DNA of 9,601 nucleotides from a virus (Duplodnaviria; Heunggongvirae; Uroviricota; Caudoviricetes): IMG/VR virus record IMGVR_UViG_2698536337_000007; one strand, 5' to 3'. Shown piece by piece: positions 6,117 to 9,601 of this stretch (position 1 is its first letter; each line of letters starts with the position of its first letter). The notes under the pieces were generated by a model. It saw only the letters and a program-made list of their open reading frames with translations, ran no database searches and was not told where the DNA came from. The position numbers and the translations under genes were made by a program.

Positions 6117-6134
6117 CAGATGTGAGTAAACTCC

Positions 6135-6470
6135 TTATGGACTTTGTTGTTTTAGTCCATAAGGACATATTTGCAGAGTGCAACGGTTATTAAAGCATTC
6201 ATTCAATACGTTATCTGTATTTGTAGGGCATTCCTGGCTATTTTTGATTGAATTCCAGAATGTTTTATTGAATGGTACTACGTTGTAAATGGTTACAGGT
6301 AGCACTTTGTTATTGAGCATGATGCCTGTGTGAGTCAGTGTAAATATACTTTCAGGAGGTAAGAAAGCATCCGATTGATACCAGATTATTAATTTTATTT
6401 TACTCCATATGACTGAAAAAGATATTCCGCATGATGGCTGGATAACTGTATCAATCACAATCCACTTCAT
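6135..6470 (-). CDS. Hypothetical 111-aa protein, Cys-rich C-terminal third, in an AT-rich segment antisense to the late operon
   Basis: Minus-strand ORF with SD AAGGA 6 nt upstream of the ATG. C-terminal motifs [25 protein letters not shown]. Six ATA codons. Local GC is clearly below the flanking phage DNA. No recognisable family. Confidence 0.5.
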   Translation of the reverse strand: MKWIVIDTVIQPSCGISFSVIWSKIKLIIWYQSDAFLPPESIFTLTHTGIMLNNKVLPVTIYNVVPFNKTFWNSIKNSQECPTNTDNVLNECFNNRCTLQICPYGLKQQSP

Positions 6471-6510
6471 TTAGTTTCCTTGTTTATGCCTTGCTGGTGA
6501 TGTTCTGAAA

Positions 6511-6537
6511 AGTATAAATGATATTTTTGAATGTAAA
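6511..6537 (-). promoter_or_regulatory. Candidate sigma70 promoter for the antisense ORF (-35 TTTACA, -10 TATACT, about 15-16 nt spacer)
   Basis: Reverse complement of 6532-6537 is TTTACA and of 6511-6516 is TATACT; about 40 nt upstream of the ORF start. Confidence 0.35.
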
Positions 6538-6730
6538 CCATAGAGCAGAATTATTTTTCTGATGTTGTTTATTGTTTATTTAAATGCAGGGTGGTTTATA
6601 TCTCGTCTTGTAGTTTATCCATGCATATCTGCTTGATAATCAGGTTTTTATTTAAGGTATGGTTTTGTGTTTTTTCTGTATTACATGTCAGGTATTTTAA
6701 AGAATTATTTTTCAGATGGTGGAAAGAACC

Positions 6731-6771
6731 ATGGCATTTAAACACTATGATGTTGTCAGGGCGGCGCCGCC
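6731..6771 (+). other. Second copy of a DUF1737-type gene start (MAFKHYDVVRAAPP...), running into an N-run; either a small stand-alone DUF1737 ORF or a partial duplication of the nanS-p 5' end
   Basis: atggcatttaaacactatgatgttgtcagggcggc at 6731-6765 is nearly identical to the nanS-p start at 7134-7168. The continuation is masked (6772-6894). Confidence 0.4.
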
Positions 6772-6911
6772 NNNNNNNNNNNNNNNNNNNNNNNNNNNNN
6801 NNNNNNNNNNNNNNNNNNNNNNNNNNNNNNNNNNNNNNNNNNNNNNNNNNNNNNNNNNNNNNNNNNNNNNNNNNNNNNNNNNNNNNNNNNNNNNGGGGTT
6901 TTCTTGTGGGC

Positions 6912-6940
6912 AAAAAAAGCCCGCGCTGGGAGACGCGGGC
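6912..6940 (-). terminator. Minus-strand-oriented intrinsic terminator
   Basis: A-run 6912-6918 then hairpin gcccgcg (6919-6925) / cgcgggc (6934-6940); on the minus strand this reads as hairpin followed by a U-tract. Confidence 0.45.
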
Positions 6941-7133
6941 GGCAAGGAATAAACAATAAAACGTGAAGTAATATTTCAGCTGGCGAATAATACCCCATAG
7001 TAATCACTCTGCGCAACTGCGCGGTCTTTTTCGAATTGCGGGCTGTCGTCTCTCTTCTGCCATTGTCCTGTAACTTCCGGACTTCAGCCCGCTCCTTATT
7101 TTACTCACAATATTATCCCGGCCGGGAGGATTC

Positions 7134-8987
7134 ATGGCATTTAAACACTATGACGTGGTCAGGGCGGCATCGCCGTCAGACCTTGCGAAACGACTGACAC
7201 AAAAACTGAAGGAGGGCTGGCAGCCGTTTGGTAGTCCGGTGGCCATAACCCCTTATACCCTGATGCAGGCGATTGCAGCAGAAGGTGATGTGGTCGTCAG
7301 TGGTGCAACTGAGCCGGAGTGGTACTACGTCATCGTACTGGCCGGGCAATCCAATGCCATGGCTTACGGTGAAGGTCTTCCGCTTCCGGATTCATACGAT
7401 GCGCCCCATCCGCGCATTAAGCAACTGGCCCGTCGTAACACAGTGACTCCCGGTGGTGAAGTATGCGTATTTAACGACATCATTCCTGCTGACCATTGTC
7501 TGCATGATGTTCAGGATATGAGTACGATTAACCATCCCCGGGCTGACCTGAGCAAAGGGCAGTACGGCTGTGTCGGACAGGGCTTACATATTGCCAAAAA
7601 ACTGCTTCCGTATATCCCTAATAATGCGGGGATCCTGCTGGTACCATGCTGTCGTGGTGGTTCGGCATTCACCCAGGGCACGGAGGGGACATTCAGCGAG
7701 TCCACGGGGGCCAGTCAGGATTCGGCTCGCTGGGGAGTGGGTAAGCCGTTATATCAGGATCTGCTTTTCCGCACGAAGGCAGCATTGCAGAAAAACCCGA
7801 AAAACGTTTTGCTGGCGATATGCTGGATGCAGGGGGAATTCGATATGACGAATGCCAGTTACGCCCAGCAGCCAGCAGCATTTCTTGCAATGGTACAGCA
7901 GTTCCGTGCTGACCTTGCCGGGCTGGCGGCGCAGTGTCACGGTGGAAGTCCGGCATCAGTCCCCTGGATTTGTGGCGACACGACATACGCGTGGAAACAA
8001 GAACACGGTACGCAATATGAAGTGGTATATGGTGCATATAAAGGTAAAGAATCCCAGCAGATTTATTTTGTTCCCTTTATGACCGATGGTAGCGGAGTTA
8101 ATACACCGACAAACAACCCGTCAGAAGATCCTGATATTGCCGGGTCTGGTTATTACGGTTCGGCATCCCGAACGAACAAAAACTGGGTATCATCAAATCG
8201 CCCGACGCATTTCAGCTCATGGGCGCGTCGTGGCATTATTCCCGATCGTATGGCAACTGCTATTCTGAACGTAGCCGGTCGCACCTTAGCCTTCATTAGT
8301 GGTAAGGCACCGGAAATCAAACCCTCGCCCGGCGGCGACACGCCATCGGGGCCGTCTGAAGATGCATCCATACGCACAATCTCCCTGTTGCCGACAGCCG
8401 GAGACGCTGCTGCGCAGGGCTGGAGCATTAAGAATGGCGGAGTTCAGTTGTCAGATGGTGTATTTAAGATCACCAAGCAGAGCAATAAAGCCTGGTCCCT
8501 GACGCGCCCGGTGGATGACGCAGTCTCCCTGCTGACACGGGGTGGCAGACTGAGCTGTAAGTTTCGACTGTCAGGCGCACTGACCAACAACCAGTTCGGT
8601 CTGGGAATTTATCTGTATACCGATGTAGCGTTACCTGACGTCGTGGCGATGACCGGGACTGGTAACCCGTTCCTGATGTCGTTCTTCACCCAGACCACAG
8701 ACGGCAAACTGAATCTGATGCATCACAAGAAAGCAGGAAACACAAAGTTGGGCGAGTTCGGGAATTACAGTAACGACTGGCTGACGCTGGAGCTGGTGTT
8801 CACCGCCGGCAGTGCCACGGTTACTCCGAAACTGAATGGAGTGGCTGGCCCGGCATTCCAGGTCATAAAAGACAGTCTGACACTGGGGCTGAATGCGCTG
8901 ACGCTGACGGATATTACCAAAAATGCAGCGTATGGCGTTGAGATAGAAAGTCTGGTGCTGGAGATAAATGCACCGGCATCATCATAA
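7134..8987 (+). CDS. nanS: Prophage sialate O-acetylesterase (NanS-p type): N-terminal DUF1737 region plus SGNH/SASA esterase domain plus C-terminal domain
   Basis: 617 aa. N-terminus MAFKHYDVVRAASPSDLAKRL; esterase motif VIVLAGQSNAMAYGEG. SD GGGAGG at 7124-7129. Lies between the stx slot and the holin, as nanS-p does in Stx phages. Confidence 0.85.
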   Translation: MAFKHYDVVRAASPSDLAKRLTQKLKEGWQPFGSPVAITPYTLMQAIAAEGDVVVSGATEPEWYYVIVLAGQSNAMAYGEGLPLPDSYDAPHPRIKQLARRNTVTPGGEVCVFNDIIPADHCLHDVQDMSTINHPRADLSKGQYGCVGQGLHIAKKLLPYIPNNAGILLVPCCRGGSAFTQGTEGTFSESTGASQDSARWGVGKPLYQDLLFRTKAALQKNPKNVLLAICWMQGEFDMTNASYAQQPAAFLAMVQQFRADLAGLAAQCHGGSPASVPWICGDTTYAWKQEHGTQYEVVYGAYKGKESQQIYFVPFMTDGSGVNTPTNNPSEDPDIAGSGYYGSASRTNKNWVSSNRPTHFSSWARRGIIPDRMATAILNVAGRTLAFISGKAPEIKPSPGGDTPSGPSEDASIRTISLLPTAGDAAAQGWSIKNGGVQLSDGVFKITKQSNKAWSLTRPVDDAVSLLTRGGRLSCKFRLSGALTNNQFGLGIYLYTDVALPDVVAMTGTGNPFLMSFFTQTTDGKLNLMHHKKAGNTKLGEFGNYSNDWLTLELVFTAGSATVTPKLNGVAGPAFQVIKDSLTLGLNALTLTDITKNAAYGVEIESLVLEINAPASS

Positions 8988-9071
8988 AAAGTGAGCCAGC
9001 CAAATGGAAGGTATCGTTAAACTCACCGGTAGTGTCAGTGGGTCGTCTGAGATGCCTGCATGAGTTATCAG

Positions 9072-9102
9072 AGCCATCAGTACTTAACTGGTGGCTTTTT
9101 TT
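9072..9102 (+). terminator. Intrinsic terminator between the esterase gene and the holin
   Basis: Stem agccatcag / ctggtggct (one G-U pair), loop tacttaa, followed by 7 T. Confidence 0.5.
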
Positions 9103-9137
9103 ATTGTTGTCAGCTTCCGGATAACGGGAGACGGGGT

Positions 9138-9353
9138 ATGTACCAGATGGAAAAAATCACAACAGGTGTGTCATACACCACGTCAGCGGTGGGAACGGGC
9201 TACTGGTTCCTGCAGTTGCTGGACAGGGTTTCCCCGTCTCAGTGGGCGGCAATAGGCGTGCTGGGGAGTCTGCTGTTTGGGCTGCTGACATATCTGACTA
9301 ACCTGTATTTCAAAATCAGAGAGGACCGTCGTAAGGCTGCACGGGGAGAGTAA
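9138..9353 (+). CDS. S: Class II (S21-type) pinholin with dual-start motif (71-aa form from 9138, 68-aa form from 9147)
   Basis: [71 protein letters not shown] closely matches my recollection of phage 21 S / EssD-EssQ holins. SD gggag 7 nt upstream. The ORF-track start at 9060 is an upstream extension. Confidence 0.85.
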   Translation: MYQMEKITTGVSYTTSAVGTGYWFLQLLDRVSPSQWAAIGVLGSLLFGLLTYLTNLYFKIREDRRKAARGE

Positions 9354-9357
9354 TTCA

Positions 9358-9430
9358 ATGACTCAAAACTATGAACTGATTGTGAAAGGGATCCGCAATT
9401 TTGAGAATAAAGTTACGGTAACTTTAGCGT
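9358..9430 (+). CDS. 5' part of an unidentified ORF immediately after the holin (MTQNYELIVKGIRNFENKVTVTLA...), truncated by an N-run
   Basis: ATG 4 nt after the holin stop with GGAG upstream. The N-terminus is not hydrophobic, so it does not look like a SAR endolysin signal-anchor. The continuation is masked. Confidence 0.3.
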
Positions 9431-9499
9431 NNNNNNNNNNNNNNNNNNNNNNNNNNNNNNNNNNNNNNNNNNNNNNNNNNNNNNNNNNNNNNNNNNNNT

Positions 9500-9601
9500 G
9501 ACCTGGACATCTCGCTGGACCGTGTTGAAGGTGCCGCGCTGGAGTTTTATGAGGCAGCAGCCAGAAGGAGCATCAGACAGGTCTTCCTGGATGTTGCTGC
9601 C
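9500..9601 (+). CDS. Internal fragment of an unidentified coding region (...DLDISLDRVEGAALEFYEAAARRSIRQVFLDVAA...), running off the window end
   Basis: Only this frame is open with E. coli-like codon choice (ctg, gac, atc, cgt, gaa, ggt, gcg). Its relation to the ORF starting at 9358 cannot be resolved across the N-run. Confidence 0.3.

Noticed and set aside
4821-6126. Interpreting the duplicated element as a retron msr/msd, an IS/MITE, or extra Q-dependent late promoters
   Set aside because: No reverse transcriptase or transposase ORF and no terminal inverted repeats. Direct duplication with an internal terminator fits an RNA element or recombination module better. The late-promoter idea remains possible but no convincing -10 is present.
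6591-7016. ORFs 6591..6959, 6716..6952 (+) and 6596..6913, 6745..6945, 6756..7016 (-)
   Set aside because: All span the 123-nt N-run. Only the DUF1737-like start at 6731 is supported by similarity to the nanS-p start.
4782-7133. Shiga toxin genes (stxA/stxB)
   Set aside because: Looked for them specifically because of the Stx-phage-like context. No ~320-aa A-subunit or ~90-aa B-subunit ORF with a signal peptide is present, and the N-runs (160, 11 and 123 nt) are far too short to hide them.
7511-8502. Seven short ORFs on both strands inside the esterase gene
   Set aside because: Alternative-frame or antisense shadows of the 617-aa nanS-p-type ORF.
9060-9137. N-terminal extension of the holin ORF
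   Set aside because: The extension reads through a terminator hairpin and T-run; the SD and dual ATG motif place the real start at 9138/9147.
1-9601. CRISPR arrays, rRNA genes, integrase or att sites
   Set aside because: No short direct-repeat/spacer periodicity, no rRNA-like conserved blocks, and no integrase-length ORF; the window lies inside the prophage, not at its ends.

Overview
This window looks like the late-regulatory and lysis-proximal region of a lambdoid, Stx-phage-like prophage (Escherichia/Shigella type), with essentially all genes on the + strand. Reading left to right: the last 7 codons of a hok-type toxin gene and its terminator; a small ORF; a DUF968-like protein; rusA; a Q-antiterminator-slot protein; a pR'-like promoter and tR'-like terminator; a small winged-helix-like ORF; an orphan beta-class amino-methyltransferase; three tRNA genes (Ile2-CAU, Arg-UCG, Arg-UCU); about 2.3 kb of cargo sitting where stxAB lies in Stx phages, with no stx genes; a nanS-p-type esterase; an S21-type holin; and the start of the next lysis-region ORF. 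The cargo segment is the most interesting part. It holds two ~97% identical copies of a structured, terminator-ended element, a rare-codon-rich ORF, an antisense AT-rich ORF with its own promoter and SD, and a duplicated DUF1737 gene start. All protein and RNA assignments are from reading the sequence and recalled family features; no database search was run. Four N-runs (4996-5155, 5291-5301, 6772-6894, 9431-9498) hide sequence and limit several calls.
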